A DNA stretch of 63,311 nucleotides, filler included, from Jimgerdemannia flammicorona (GCA_003990765.1; 2 parts of 2 records of this genome joined end to end with filler, not necessarily neighbours in it), one strand, 5' to 3'; shown: positions 46,111-60,400, numbered from the whole stretch's first letter. Program-made: numbers and translations. The notes: generated by a model not told the origin, from the letters alone.

Positions 46111-49100
46111 AGAGTAAATATTATAGGAGATCAGGAGTTGGGAGAGCAGTTGATAGATCTAGAAAAGGAGAGAGTTGATAGTAAATAATAGCTCTAATAG
46201 ATATTGATAAATATAGCAATCAATGAGTTAAGAGGGATTAAATTTAGAGTAATTAGTAAGATATACTAGAGAACTGTTTTGAGAAGAGAGAGAGTGATAT
46301 ATAAGCTATAGGATGAACTGATGGCAGCTCTACTGGAGATAGAGAGATATAAAGTAGATGAGTATATAGTATATCTGTGAGAGCTAAGGAAGGGTCTGAT
46401 GAAATAGTAAGTAGTATATAAAAAGTATTAGATAATGATAGAGAAGTAGAATAGAGAGAACTGTCTGAAGGTACTGATAGTATGAAATACTTAACAGAAG
46501 GCAGAGGATAAACTGGTAATTAAAAGAAACTTAGATATAGCTGATAATATGTATAGTAAGTATAGAGCTAAAGATTGGTTAATACTCTTATAAACTATTT
46601 TTTTTTTTTTTTCCTATAAATAGTATAACTAGAATCTTTTCTTTGAATATCAATGACCTTAAGGGAATAGTGAGGAGAAGGAATATTTTCTCTTGACTAA
46701 AATGGCTGAAAGTAGACCTATTTCTATAATAGGATATGAGAGATATAGAAACTTAGATAAGTAGAGTTGAACTTAGGAATAGGGGAGAATAGTAGCATAG
46801 CAGAGTAGAGTGGGTATATTTGTTTATAAAAAAAAAGAGAGACATTGTGAGAATGGGAGAGACTGATGTAAGAGACTTAGAGGAGGTAGGAATGAGACTC
46901 AGTAGTAATCAGATCCTATTACTATCTAATAGAAAGAAGGGCTAATATAGATTAAATTACTAAGCTGTGGGAATTAGATGAGCTAATTGCAGCAGAGGTC
47001 AATTGTCTGAGAGAAGACTTCAATATAGTTCAGAATAGGATAGTGGACAGAATAGATAATAAGAGGGGGCTGTCTGAGAAGAGTAGTGATCTGAATAGCT
47101 AGAAGGAAATTAAATAACTTGACTCTCTTATAATGATCACAAGGTATTCACACATTGAGTAAATAGACTTAGTTTATAGATTGACTGGGTTCTGACTACT
47201 GAGTACTGGTGGGATAATATCTGGAAATTATTGAAAGTTGAATGATACCCCTGATCAGATCATTGAGATCTAAGATATAAGAGATTTAGAGAGTATAGAG
47301 AGAGGTCTGGATATTAGTACCTGAATTCTATACTACTAGATAAGTCTTTATTATAAGATACTTGGATAGCATATATTGGACCAAAGGTACTTGCTTGAAG
47401 GGAGAGAGGTCTCACTATTGGTGATTAGTAACAATGGCTGAAGTCTGATACTTAGTATTTCTGAGAGAAGATAGGAAGAATGAGGAATACTCAGAGAGAA
47501 GAGAGGGTGTGGTGGACCTTGTATAGGTTAGAAAGGCTCTTGAAGAGATGGGCTAGTCTGCTGAAGGCTAAGAGAGTAGAGGATTAGAGAGTTTAATATA
47601 TCTGATTGAAGATGGGGGAGCTACAAGATATATTATAGATAGAGGAGAGTATATTAGTATAGAATATGGCAGTCAGACTACAGTGGTAGAATCTAGATTT
47701 ATATTAAGGTTTCTTTGGATAAAGAGAGTATATCAATACTGAGATAGAGTATTAGATAAGGAGGGAGAAATGATGGTTAAGACTCAGGATATCTTGAGTT
47801 AGCTGAGTAGAAGATGGAGGTTACTGTAGAGTGAGGAGAGGAGAAGAAAGGTGAGGATGTGCAAACAATTGAGCACCATCTGGAGGACTGGTATCTAGCC
47901 CTAGTAGAGGGACTGACAGAGTTGAGAAACTTAGTTCAGAGAGAGGAGATTCTTAAGATCTTGGTAGAGATCAGTCTCAGAATGATCTCTAGAGAGAATA
48001 GACTACCCTGGGACTTCTGGAAACAAATGGCAGAGGTAGAGGTAGTTCTAGAGAAACTATAGCTAATGTATAATAAGATCATTAGTTCTGAGATATAGCT
48101 AGGAGGGTAGTGTCTGGAACTAGTGACTCTACTATTTAAGAATAAAGAGAGAAGAGAGAAGTAGAAGAACTGATAACTAGTTATACTACAGGATATAGAT
48201 TAAAAACTAGTTACAAAGTTCATTATATATAGTATAGCTATAGAGTATAGCCCAGAGAGTACTGAGTAAAAAGTAGTAGGGCTTTGTTGGAGGCTATTTA
48301 ATTTGAGATAGAACTGCCTGAGTCTATAGTATTATCAAAGAAGTCAGAGCAGTAGAGATAGATAGATGGCAGATTTTTCTCAACTAAGAGAAGATATATA
48401 ATTAGATATAGAGAGTATAGTTAGATAGAGTACTGAAATATATTAGTATCTTTCTAGACTTTTGGCATTCATTTATTAGTCTGTTAGAGAGAAGCAGGAT
48501 AGCTATCAGTTAATAATTATTAGAGAGTATCCTTCTCTTTAAGTAGAGAGGTACTACAGGGTGACCCATTGTTATCTATTCTTTATACTCTCTCTTTGAA
48601 ATCCTTGTTGGATCAGATAAGATATAGGATGGGAGAGTTGATAGTACTGGGGGTAATTTGGAATGTGAGATTTTTTGTAGATAATATGATAGTCAGACTG
48701 AGCTCTGTAGAGGATGTAGCTATATTGAAGAGGGTAATGAAGTGGTATGAGAAATACTCTGAGACCAAACTCAATTGATATAAATATGAGATACTAGTAC
48801 TTAGTAGTAGAGTAGTGAAAGGAGATATAATTGAAATAATTATCTCAGTAGAGGAGGTGGTCTGGTATTTCAAGATTTACTTCTTGATATATATATGGCT
48901 CATTGTTGTCCAGAGTATGGTAGAAGCAGAAGCTGACAGAGTAGAAGAATACTCTCTTAGACTAGGGTGACTACAGTATCTCATTGACAGAGAGGATTAT
49001 AGTAGGAATATATATAGCATCTTTTTCCAGTAATGTTCAGATTATATAAACTTCTAGCAATACTCAAGACATCATTTTTGAAGAATAAGTACTAGTAATA

Positions 49101-49704
49101 TAGCAACCAATAAGTATTCTGAGGTGTATACTAAGCAGGGCAGCCCTAGTACATTCAACTGACAGTATGTGGGGAGGAGTTATAGCTTGAGGGGAAGTAT
49201 ACAGGGCTTGCTGGCTAGAGGATATGGAAGGAGAAGAGGCAGTACTGGGGAACAAGAGACTGGGAGGATGAGCTTTATGAATAAGATGAAGGGGAGTTAT
49301 CTGACAACTGGACTAGAGAGCTAGCTGAGGAAGAGCAAGGAGATGGTGAGGGCTGTAGGGTCTGGTGGAGTAACTCATGGCAGCAAGAGCAGCAGGGCTG
49401 GGAGAGTAGTAGCTAGAGAGAGCAGAACTGCTGATAGTAAGAAGACTGCTAATCTGAAAAAAAAATCCAGATATAATAGTTGATGGTGGATCTGAACAGA
49501 GAGAGAGCATGAGGCCTAGATATCTGATAGATAGTGTGATGGATCTGATGGCAGCACTATTACTCAAGAAATCAAGATCAGAATTCACTTTTTTTTTTTT
49601 TTTTTTTTTATAGTCTCTTGGACTCCTTTATTCAGCTATCTAATACAATTACAGAGAACTACAAATCACTACTAATCCTATAACATATACTGAAGTAGAG
49701 TCCT

Positions 49705-52700
49705 TCAGCCAACTCCTTTCTTCCATCGTACCCCACTATCATCTAACACCAGAAACCCTTGACTCTGCAGTATAATGTCTTGTACTTTCTTCACTGCCCC
49801 CAACTTCTGATGCCTCCCTTGATACCACCAACCCTGTACTACTTCCCACACCAGCCAACGCCATCACTCAACCAGGTCCCCAATTCCCATCCAACATTCT
49901 CCTTCAAAGACCCATCACCAGTGTGCTGCCATTAAGACCCACACTCCTAAGATCCGCCCGACACCTCTCCAAATGTCCCCAACATCTCCCACCAGTCTCC
50001 TCCGGATGATGACACTAACAGACTCTCCCAGCCTCCTTCGACCAGAACTCCAATATCCCTCCAACATCTGCCAATACCCCTCCACCCCTGGACAGGCCCC
50101 CAAGACATACTCTGGGGTCTGAACCACTTCTCCAGAAATCTCCGCACACCATTCACAATCCTTACATCCATCAGTCACCATCCACCCTGTCCAATAGTTT
50201 AACATTACATTCCTTCTCATGAACCTCCACCAAACTACCCAATACTGAGGAGGGACCACCATATTCAAGGTGGAGGCCCATCTCCAGATTCTACCCCATT
50301 CCCACATCTCACCAATACCAGCTGTCTGCCATCCTACTGGCCACCGCTCAAGAGGGCCCGATCTGGCCCATTCCATTACCTCAGCTAGAGAGTAATCCTT
50401 CAGCTCCTTCCCTCCCACCTTAAGCAATTCGAGTCGCCACCACCACTGCTCAGGGTCTGCCCCCTCCTCTATCACCTCCACCTCTGGCCCCGTCAGGCCC
50501 ATCGTAAGCCAGGCCTCAACAATGCCCCACCAGAACCCTTTGAACCGCATCCTCCCCACAGATCCGATCTGAAGTAGCCCTTGCAAATCCTTCCTCTCCA
50601 CACTCCGGGGGCAGAATCTGATCTCCCAATTGTCTATTGCTAATCTGCCCCAGCTCTCTTCCCCTAGCTCTATAAGTCGGCAACCCCACCAGCCCTGCAG
50701 TGCCTTCAACCTTCGCTGAAAGTCCACCAACTCCAAACCACCATCAGCAATCAGCAGCACCAATACATCCCATCCAATCTGTGGCCATCTACCCTTCCAG
50801 AGCCACCCTTCCATAGCCTTCTTGAGATGCCACACCACCCAACCAGGAAAATCGAGGTGATAACCCAGGTACCACAGCTTCGGCAGCCAGTATACATTCA
50901 GAACCACCACTCTTCCTACTAGAGAAAAGTTTCAACCAGCCCAGCCTATCAACACCTCTTCCCATTTTTGTACTATAGAACTCCACCACTCCTTTGGCAG
51001 AACTGTCCCGAACACTGAAAACCATATCCCTAAGTATCTGACTGCCTCCCCCTTAGGCACCACTCATCCAAGCCCTGCTACCCCTAAGCCCGCACCAAGC
51101 TCTAAGGTTTCACACTTCCCCCAGTTCAACTTTGCACCCGCCAACCCTTCATACTGTTCTATTCCTTCTCGCAAAATGTCCATGTCCTCTATGCTACCAA
51201 GCCCTACTACCATGTTGTCAGCAAAGGCCCCCAGCTTCCAAACCACCTCACCTATACTCAGTCCATTCAGCCTTTCTCTCAGCCATGCCAGCACTGGTTC
51301 TAGCGAGAGAATATAAAGAAGTGGCGAAAGTGGGTCCTCTTGTAGAACCCCTCTTCCTAATGAAAACTCTGGGCTGCTCCAGCCATTCATCAGTACTGCC
51401 CCTCGATAGCCTCGCACTAACCCCATCAACCGTCTAACCTCTTCCTGCTTAAAGCCGACTTTCTGGAGAATCGCTTCTAGGTAACACTACCATACCCTGT
51501 CATAGGCCTTCTCTTGGTCCAAAAAGACCATCCTCCCATCAATCTGCCTACTTCTACAGCCTTCCAAAACATTTTGCACCCAGGCAGTACTGTCCCTGAT
51601 CTGCCGGCCCTTTACAAAGCCCCTCTGTTCCTCCCCTACCAATCTTCCAATCCACTGCTGCAACCTCCCTGCCAAGATTTTCAAGACTAGCTTCCTGTCT
51701 ACGTTTAGCAGCATGATTGGCCGCCAGTTGCACCACTCCCTCCTGTCACCTTTCTCCTTATACAACAAAGACACCAGACCTAAACTGCCATTCCCAATCC
51801 ACCATCCTCCCTCTAGTACGAAATTAACCATTTCCACAAGTCAAGCTCCAAATTCCACCTTAAACTCCTTCCAGAATTCCCAAGGGAGGCCATCCTCCCC
51901 TGGTGAGAAACCACTTGGTGCCTTCTGCAGAACCTCTAACACCTCCTCCAAAGACACTCTGCCAAACACTGATGCTCCAATCTCCAGTTGTGACACCACT
52001 GGCCAGTTACATACTAGAGGAGCCTCGGCAACCTCCTCTACTCCAACACCTCCACCCATATCATCATCACTCCAAAGGTTCTGCCATTGCCCTGAGATCT
52101 CCTCCAACATATCTGCTACACTGGTAACCTCGACACCATCTTCTCGCAAAACTAACGACCAGCTATGTCTAATATTTCTCGCTTTCAAGACACCAGATAA
52201 GTACTTAGTTGGCCTTTCACCCTCTTCCAGTCGTCTAGCTCTTAGGTGCACCAGAAGCCCATCCACAACTCGATCCTCGGCCTCTCTCAAGGTTGCCTGT
52301 AAGTCGACTACCTCTCTAGCGAGTTGTCCCTTCCTCTCTTCTGCTAGTGAACCATCCTCCAATAGCTTCAGCTGCCACCGCAATCCCCTTTCAACTCTCC
52401 TCTCCCTGTCCTTTTGCTCCTTTCCAGCCACTTCCCCAGTGTCTCTCCAATATGCGCCAGCAAGATGTTTGAATCTACCCCACCAATCCACAATAGATAG
52501 ACCCCCAGCCACCCAATGCTCTACTTCCTGTCAGGCCACATATACAAATTGCTCCCATTCTGCCAGACACCGGAGCAATGCTACATTGAGACGCCAGCAC
52601 CCACCTCTTCCATTAACAGCTTGGAATCTCCCACTCACCTCCACTCCCCAATGGTCTGACCATGGGCACCACCGTACACCGACCCTATCAAAAACATTAC

Positions 52701-53343
52701 CCCAATGTTCAGCTACCAACACCCAGTCAATCCACGTACTGACCATCCCATTGTCTATGGAATGCCACCTGATAAAGGGGCCTAACCCATCTCTCACCCT
52801 CGAATATACCCCATCTACCAATCCCATGCCCCTCTCTACCTGAAGCCACTGAGACAGTCCAGGAGAAACCACTACTCCAGCCCCGCCATCAGACTGATCC
52901 AGTGCACGGTCCCTAACCATGTTAAAGTCACCCCCCAAAATGTCTAACCCTAGAGCTGCCCAATCCTCCCAAGCCAGCCACTCCTCCACCCATTGCTTTC
53001 GCTCTCTGCCAACTGCTGGCAGATATACAGAGCCCACCAAAAGTCCATCTCCTGTCCCTCCCTTCAGCCTTCCCCACACCAGTCAGTCACCAAAGCATTC
53101 TACATCGACTAACTCCCCCTTCCCAACTCCAACCAGAATACCAACTTGCTTACTCCAGCCTATGTTCCCAAACCATTCCTGACTCCACAACTCATAGTCC
53201 TCCTCCCCATAGGCCCGAATATCTTGAAGAAATACCACATCATACCTCTGGACCTTCAACCATTGAAAGAGATGCCGCCGTTTCACACCATCTCGCAAAC
53301 CATTGACATTAATGGACAGAATACATAGGTCGTACTTCATCAT
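49705..53343 (-). pseudogene. LINE-A3 ORF2: APE endonuclease, RT and C-terminal Zn-finger-like region (1213 codons, in-frame stops only)
   Basis: All ORF pieces share one frame; SINVNGL, FLQD, GDFN, IDWV, SDH, WRPIMLLN, QEDPLSP, FADN, CEWC...C. Confidence 0.92.
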
Positions 53344-53357
53344 GAAAAATTTGGAGT

Positions 53358-55226
53358 TTAGATATCAGCTGCCACTGCTGCCACCTTCTCAGCTCAGCCC
53401 TTAATGATGTCTTGACGCTCCTCACAGACTGCCCACCAAATTCTTTCGCCATTGACACTGCCACAGAAGAAGTCCACTTGCTCTGATGCAATCTTACGGA
53501 TATCTGCCATTCAGTCATCATCCACATCGTACCCTTCATCCTCCAGCAGAGCCACCACCATCGCAGTCACCAGCTTCGGTCCCTGCATCGCCACCTTGAG
53601 AAATCCTTCCCACGCCTCCAGAGAGCCCTGAAACACATCCACTTCCTTAATGTCATCCTCTGCCAGTTCCTCCAGAACCACCTGGAACCAACCATCTGCC
53701 ACCGTTGCCATTGGCCCCAGGGTTGCCGGCCTGGGAGTCCGGCAAAGCTCCTGAAGCAGCTCTCTGTCTGCAGAAACATCTGAAGCAACATCCACTAGCT
53801 CATCCTCTTCAGAGACCTTATCCAACCTCACCACCTCCCCTGCTTCTGGACATTCCCAGTGCACATTCACCGACCTAACCATCACTGTGTCTTCCATTGG
53901 AGTTTCGGGAACCACCTCTACAATTTCTTCGAAGCCTTCTCCTCGCTCTTCCTCACTATCTGCCCACTTCCCTGTCACAGGTGCATGCACAGATTCCTCC
54001 ACTCCCCCCAACTGCGAGAAGGACACCTCCGCCACCTCCACCCCTTCCATTTGATTCCTGTCTGATGCTACCCTTTCAACCTCCTCCTCCTCAGATGCTC
54101 TCAGCACTACCTGCAGCCACTCCCAGTTTGCTCTACGCCAATGCTTCCTCTTGCCATCTGTTTTGATCCAGATCCAATCCTTAGCAAATTCCTTCCATTT
54201 CCTTTTCCGCATGGCCTTTGCCTCATCACACTCCTCAAGGGCTATCAGCAGCTCCTCCTCTTCCTGCTCAGAGCCTTTCCTCCTCCAGACCTGGCAGTCC
54301 TGCTCCCCAACATGAATGACCTCTGGCCAGTCTTGCCCCAGGCCTGTTGCCTCCTTTCCCTCCAGCTGCACCATCATCTCACAGTTGCTATTCCTCAACT
54401 TAGTGCCCTCCCAAAACATAAATCCGAAATCCACCATCTTGCCAAAGCCCTCCAGAGCCTTCACAACCACCATCTTAGTCTCCTGCCTGCTTAGCATTAG
54501 CAGATCTTCCACCACCAACCTCACTGCATGTGGGTCCCACCTCAAGCACCTCGCCATCCCCACCTTAACATTTTTGACCATCAACCCTTTCTCCAAGGCC
54601 TTCACCATAGCCTCCTCCTCAACGAACCCGACCTCCACTGCCTTGGCCAAGGGGATAAACCTCAGCGACTCAGCCCCCGCCACCTCCTCACCCACCAGTT
54701 GTAGAACTTCCTTGGCCAACAGACCAAGGCCCAAAAAGTTGGCGGAGACTGCCCATGATGATACTGACTTATGGAAAAAAGGTCGCACCACCAGCTCCCC
54801 CATTCCTGCTACCAGTGTTGCCTTGTTCTTGCTGCTGGAAACGCCCGCTACTGTCTCGCCAGAGGCTACTGTGCCACCAGCAGTCCTACCCCCAGCCACT
54901 GGCCCAGCCCCAGGAAAGCCAGTCCCCATCATCACACCCCGAGACCCCTGACCCCTGCTGGGTCCCTGGCCAGTCAGCTGACCAGTCACCTGATGTCTAC
55001 CCCTGTCAACACTATGCTCCTGCTGCCCCACAACTGTAGGCCTAGAGGCCGCCCGCTTATTTCCCATCACCGTGTGCCAACCATCCAGTCCTGCTGCTGG
55101 TCCTTGACCTCCAGCCTGCCCCCCAGCTCCACCTTGACCAGCTGCCACTGCAAAACTCCTGGGGAGGCCCAAGCCAGGCCTCCTCCTCTCTAGGTGCTCC
55201 GAGCTCGATGAGTCTTGGGTCGCCAT
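53358..55226 (-). pseudogene. LINE-A3 ORF1 (Gly-rich N-terminus, probable RRM-like core, acidic C-terminus)
   Basis: 571-aa ORF extends through two internal TGA stops to a TAA found at the same position in A1, A2 and A3. Confidence 0.85.
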
Positions 55227-57437
55227 ATTACGAAAACTTGATGGATTTTGACAAAACTTGTTGTGAATTGTTGCCAGACTTCTGCCGCACCTTGCACACC
55301 AGTATAAATGAAGTGAAAACTTGAAAACGTATTACTTTTCGCGAAAAGATGCCTGTGTGGCTTAGCTTGCTCCGAATGGTTTGAGCAAAAGAAGTCCTCT
55401 GCAGAATTCACTATTATGCTGTGTTTCTGAGGCTTAGTAGTGACAGTAAGGATGATTCTGGGACTTCTGGCTCAGAAGGTAAAGGGAGCAGTATTGGTGA
55501 AGTTTTTGAAGGGTCTAGAAGGAGTGGAGGTAGGCTTTAAGAAGGAGAATATACTATTAGAAGTAATAGAGAAGAGAGTGGTGGTGGGGGGGATGGCAAT
55601 CTCTATGGCCTAATACTTATACTGAGTACAGCTGAAAGTACTGGATATTTCTACAGTATCAAAGGAAATAACTAAGAGATTGATTGTAGAGACTATCAAG
55701 GAGTATGGAGATATCTTAGATATTGGGTTTCAGATCTAGAAAGATACAGAATTCAGGACAGAAGATGAGACATCAGAATATAGCTGATAGATAAGTAGAA
55801 TATGGGAAAGATAAGGGACTGGCTAGTAGTTCTCAAATAGGGACCTGTGGAGATAAGGTCTTGAGAGTGAAAGAGATGCTAGAGAAAGAGGAGAACTTGC
55901 TGGAGATATTGAAGGATCTGGCTGGAGCTGTGGAGAGAAGGAGATTGGCCTGAAAGGAGTTTGAGGCCAAGATGATAGTAGAGTTATAAATAGTAAGAAG
56001 GTATGGCTGGATCAGGTAGCCTGGGAGAGAGTGCAGAAGAGATATATTCAGAAAGATCTATTGGCTAAGTTGGGGGGGAGAGTAGTTGGGAAACTAACAC
56101 TGAAGAAGCTAGATCAAGAGTGAGTGCTTGGGCAGAAGAGAAGGGAGTGGTACCAGAGGAAACCCCAGGAGGGGGGAAAGATATAGGACTGAGTGTCATT
56201 GTAGAGAATACAAAGATGGCAGAGGGAGAGTACTCTCAGTATGGGGTACCAGGTGGGGCTGAAGGAGATAACAAATTGCAGGATATGATAGAGGAGAATT
56301 GGGATGAGTTGGCAAAGAGAAATGCAAAGGGTGGACAGGTGGAAGAGGGGAAGAGAGTAGCTCAGAGAGTGGTAGAGGCTGAGGTTGAGGAGAAATAGCT
56401 GTGAAAGATGCTTAAGAATATAGCAGCTGAGGAGCTAGGGAGAGAGGACTTCTGAGTACTGAGTGAGAGATACTGGGGTGAAATCCTATATAGTGAGGAG
56501 GTGCCATGAAAACTCTGGGATGAGATAATGATAGCATTACTAGAGGCTAAGATGTATTGAGTAGATGATGATAGGGAGGCAGAACTTCTGATAATTGCAA
56601 ATAACAGAGCTACATATATATGTGGTCTGAGGAAAGAGCTGGCTAAGTGATAAGTAGTATATAAGAAGTATCAAATAGAGATGGAGGCTGTGGATAGTGT
56701 AGATTGTCAGGAGATCTTAGAGGTATTGGAGGCTCAGCAGAGAGAGGCAGATAAACTGGAGGCAGAGAGGAACCTAAATGTTGCTAGTGATATAGTAAGT
56801 ATAGAATTATAGAGTAGATGGCTTTTCTTTAAATAATACTATTCAATATAAACAGTATAACTAGAATCTTGTCTTTGAATATCAATGAGCTACAAGGAAT
56901 AGTGAGGTATTAAAATATCTTTGGATGACTAAAGGAGATAGAAGCAGATTTGTTCCTACTACAGGATATTGGATGTGATAAGGACTTGAATATTCTAGAT
57001 AGATAAAAGAATGGAGTAGTGTGACTGTTTAGTGAGGATGTGTGGATATTGATTAGGAAGAGTAAGGGAGATATTGAAGATATTAGATATTGAGTAAGTA
57101 GGGTAGTATGGAGAGTTTTGAAGAGGCCAGGCTAGAGACCCTTGATGGTTGGGTTATGTTATTATCCATTAGAAAGAGGAGAGAGAGTGGAATGGATGGG
57201 AAATGAGTAACTTATATGCAGTTAGACTTTGGTGATTTGGGTGGAGCTGGCTGGGCATTGGCTCTTTATATTTGAGAAAGGATAGTAGTTGAGCTTTGCC
57301 AAGATAGAGGATCTTTTGACTGGCTAGTAGATGGGCTGGGGGCCTCAGAGTGACCATTATTACTGGCTCATTGATAGAGTCTGCCAGCAAAATAGAGGTC
57401 AGATAGAGGTGATTGTAGGCTAAGTAGTGTTTAAATA

Positions 57438-60400
57438 AGCAATATTCAGATTACATAACCTTCTGGCAATACTTACAATACAGTTTTTAGAGAAAGATAC
57501 TAGTAATATGGTGACTAACAAGTGTTCTGAGATGCATACTGGGCAGGGATGCCCAAGTGCATTTAACTGGCAATATGTGGGGAGAGGCCCTGGCTTGGGG
57601 GGAAGTATGAGGGGCCTGTTGACAGGAGAATATAAAAGGGGAGGGGACAGTATTGGAGGACAGAGAAGTGGGAGGGCAAGCTTTATAGATATAGTGAAGA
57701 GGAGGTAGATGGTAACTGGACTGAGGGCTGGCTGAAGAGGGACAAGGAGATAGCAAAGACTATAGAGTAGTAGTAATAGGGGGGAGTCTCTCTGGAGGGC
57801 CAGAGCAGTGGGGCTGATAGAGTAGTGGCTGAAGGGGTGACTGCTGATGGAAGTATAACAGGTAATCTGAAAAAAAAAATCTAGATATGACTGCTGATAG
57901 TAGACCAGAGTATGGGAAGGGTACAAGGCCTAGTGATCTGGCTGATAGTAGACCAGAGTATGGGAAGGGTACAAGGCCTAGTGATCTAGCTGATAGTATA
58001 ACAGGTCTAGCAGTGGCCCCATTACTCAAGAAGTTGATCTTGGAGTTTGTAGTTACCTTATATTTCTGGGGCTTAGCAGTGATGGTAAAAATAGTATTGG
58101 GGCTGATTGTTAAGCAGATGGCTGAAGCAGTATCTATAAAGTTTCTGAAGAGATTGAAAGAAGTGGAGGTGGGCTTTGAGAAGGCTAGGCCATTGGAGGA
58201 GGTACTGAAGGCTAGACTAACTATCAAGGAGGTATGCATTCCAATAGTATGCTGTTTGAGGTGGGATTCTAGGGTGGTACAACTTCTGATAAAAGAAGTG
58301 CCCACAGTGACTGTGGTAGAGATGAGGAGGAGAGTCAAGGAAGTCATAACCAAGTATGGAGAGGTGGTGGATATTGGGTTCTAGGTCTAAGAAGGAACCT
58401 TATTCAGGACTAGGAATATTGATGTCCAGATTTGACTAGCAGAAAAGGAAGCTACTGGAAAGGCCAGAGACTGGCCATCAGTGATAGTATGGGGGGCATT
58501 CTTGTACAAAGTGATGAAGGTGAAGAAGAGTGAGGAGGAGGAAGAAGATTTATTGGAGGTACTGGAGGAGTTGAGTAATACTATAGAGTAGAGGGTGAAG
58601 GCTTAAAAGATATATATCAAGTTGACATATTTGGAGGTGGTGGATAGAAAGCAGATCTACATAGATAAGGGGCTGTGAGAAAGATTCCAAAGATGTAAGA
58701 GGTAGAGAGAGCTGTTGGCAAATCTGGAGAGCAGGGTGAAGAAGGATATGAGTGGACCTGCAGTTATAGAGAGAGTCAAAGTAAGTATCTGGACTGGTGA
58801 AGAGGGAGAGAGTATAGAGAAGGGGCCAGAAGTGGATAAGGAGGGGACTGGTTATGATCTAGCATATTTGAGATCTGAGAGGACTCCCCAACTTCTACTC
58901 CTCTTATTAAGTGAGGTCCAGCTTTAAGGGGTAGGGTAGTAGAGGATATATCTATGTAGAGGGCCCAGTAAGTATACTTTGGAGTTTTTAAGGTAGCAAA
59001 GGGTGGCCAGATAGTGGTAGTTGGTGAGGATGAACTGGTGGATATCCAAGAAGAAGGGTGGGATGAGACTGCAAGTGTAGGGGCTGATACTACAATACTA
59101 GATGGAGGGAGACCAGTGACTCCTGGAAAGAAAGAGATGGGGAACCTTCTATGAATGTGCTGGATAATGAACAACTTTGTGGCAGAGGAGTTGGGAGAAG
59201 TGGACTTGAAGGTGATGAGTGAAGAGTATTGAGTATAGATCTTACATAGTGATGGGGTGGTGGAGGCACTGAAGACAGAGATTCTTATAGTTTTTCTGGA
59301 GGAGAAAGAGTATGAGGTTGATAAAGAGAGAAAGGCTGAGTTGGTGGTTGCAGTTGGTGAGCAGACTGCCTTCTATTGGGCAGAGCATCATGGATTGTAG
59401 CTCTAGCAGAAGACTTGCCTAGAGTATTGTGAGGATTTTGAGAAGAAGGAGGATGAGAAACTTGCTAAACTATTGGTTGAATTAGAGACAAAGAGGATTG
59501 AAGAGGAGGAGGGGACTGCTGAACATAATCTGAATTTGGCTCAGAAGGAGATAACTATGAAGCAGTAGAGGATGTGCTTGCTATTTTATATTATCTCTTA
59601 TAAATAATATAACTAACATTTTTTTCTTGAATATGAATGGGTTATGGAGTTCATTTAGATATTGAAACATTTTTACTTAGCTGAAGGGATTGGAAGCCAA
59701 TCTCTTTCTTTTGCAAGATATCAGATATGAGAATTATTTGGATAGACTGGAATAGATAAAAGAATAGAGAGATGAGGCAGTTTGGAAGAGCAAGGTGAGA
59801 ATTCTGGTCTAGAGAAGCAGAGAGGAGATACAAGATATGAGGTACTGGAGAGACAGACTGGTTTGGGGAGAGTGAACATGACCAGATTGGGAGCTGGTGA
59901 TAGTAGGTTCATACTACTGCCCAGTAGTATGGAGAGAGCAAGTGGATTGAATGAAGAGGCTTTAGGAGAGTGGGGCCCTCACAGAGGCAGGAGTAGATGT
60001 GCTTGGAGGGGACTTTAATATGATCAGAGATATATTGGTAGATAGAACTGATGGAGGGTGAGGGGTGGAGGATAGGAGTGGAGGATAGGAGTGGAGGGCT
60101 GGAGGTATGAGAGGAGATGGAAAGACTAAGTGCTCTAGTAGATGCTGGTAGGGAGTTCTGGGGTAATAGGAGGGTGTATATATACCGGATGGATGGCCTA
60201 GAGACAAGGATTGACTGGGTTCTAACAGCAGACTGCTGGGGATTGAATGTCTGGAAATCACTAGAGGCTGAGTGATGTCTATAGTCTGATCATTGGGGGC
60301 TACTGGGACAGGGTCTTTTTGGAGGGAGTAGAGATGGGCCTGGATATTGGTGTCTCAATTCCTCCTTGTTAGACAATAAGATGCTGTAAGATGAGTGGGC

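Larger units (their letters stand above)
35452..49016 (+). mobile_element. LINE-B4, heavily mutated; host of MITE-1, Gypsy-3 and MITE-2; cut by LINE-B5
   Basis: 5' CACCTTTCTC; ORF1 remnants resume after each TSD; ORF2 remnants from ~46620 (SLNIN, DFN, IDWVL, SDH, QGDPLLS, FVDNMIV). Confidence 0.75.
49590..55401 (-). mobile_element. LINE-A3: full-length (~5.8 kb) L1/Tx1-like element
   Basis: 11-bp TSD CAGAATTCACT (49579-49589/55402-55412), poly(A) tail, AATAAA, 5' GACTTCTTTTGCTC, two ORFs. Confidence 0.95.
49017..57437 (+). mobile_element. LINE-B5: ORF1 interrupted by LINE-A3; ORF2 apparently internally deleted
   Basis: 5'UTR resembles B6; ORF1 resumes at 55402 after the TSD; APE start ~56850 followed by non-APE sequence from ~57195. 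Confidence 0.65.

Noticed and set aside
51713..52843. Long Ser/Pro-rich antisense ORFs over the LINEs (also 2428-3135, 12046-12753, 28331-29047)
   Set aside because: Shadow frames of TE coding sequence caused by strand skew.
53340..53360. ATGA stop-start coupling of LINE-A ORF1 and ORF2
   Set aside because: An upstream TAA is at the same position in A1, A2 and A3, so ORF1 ends before the ORF2 ATG.
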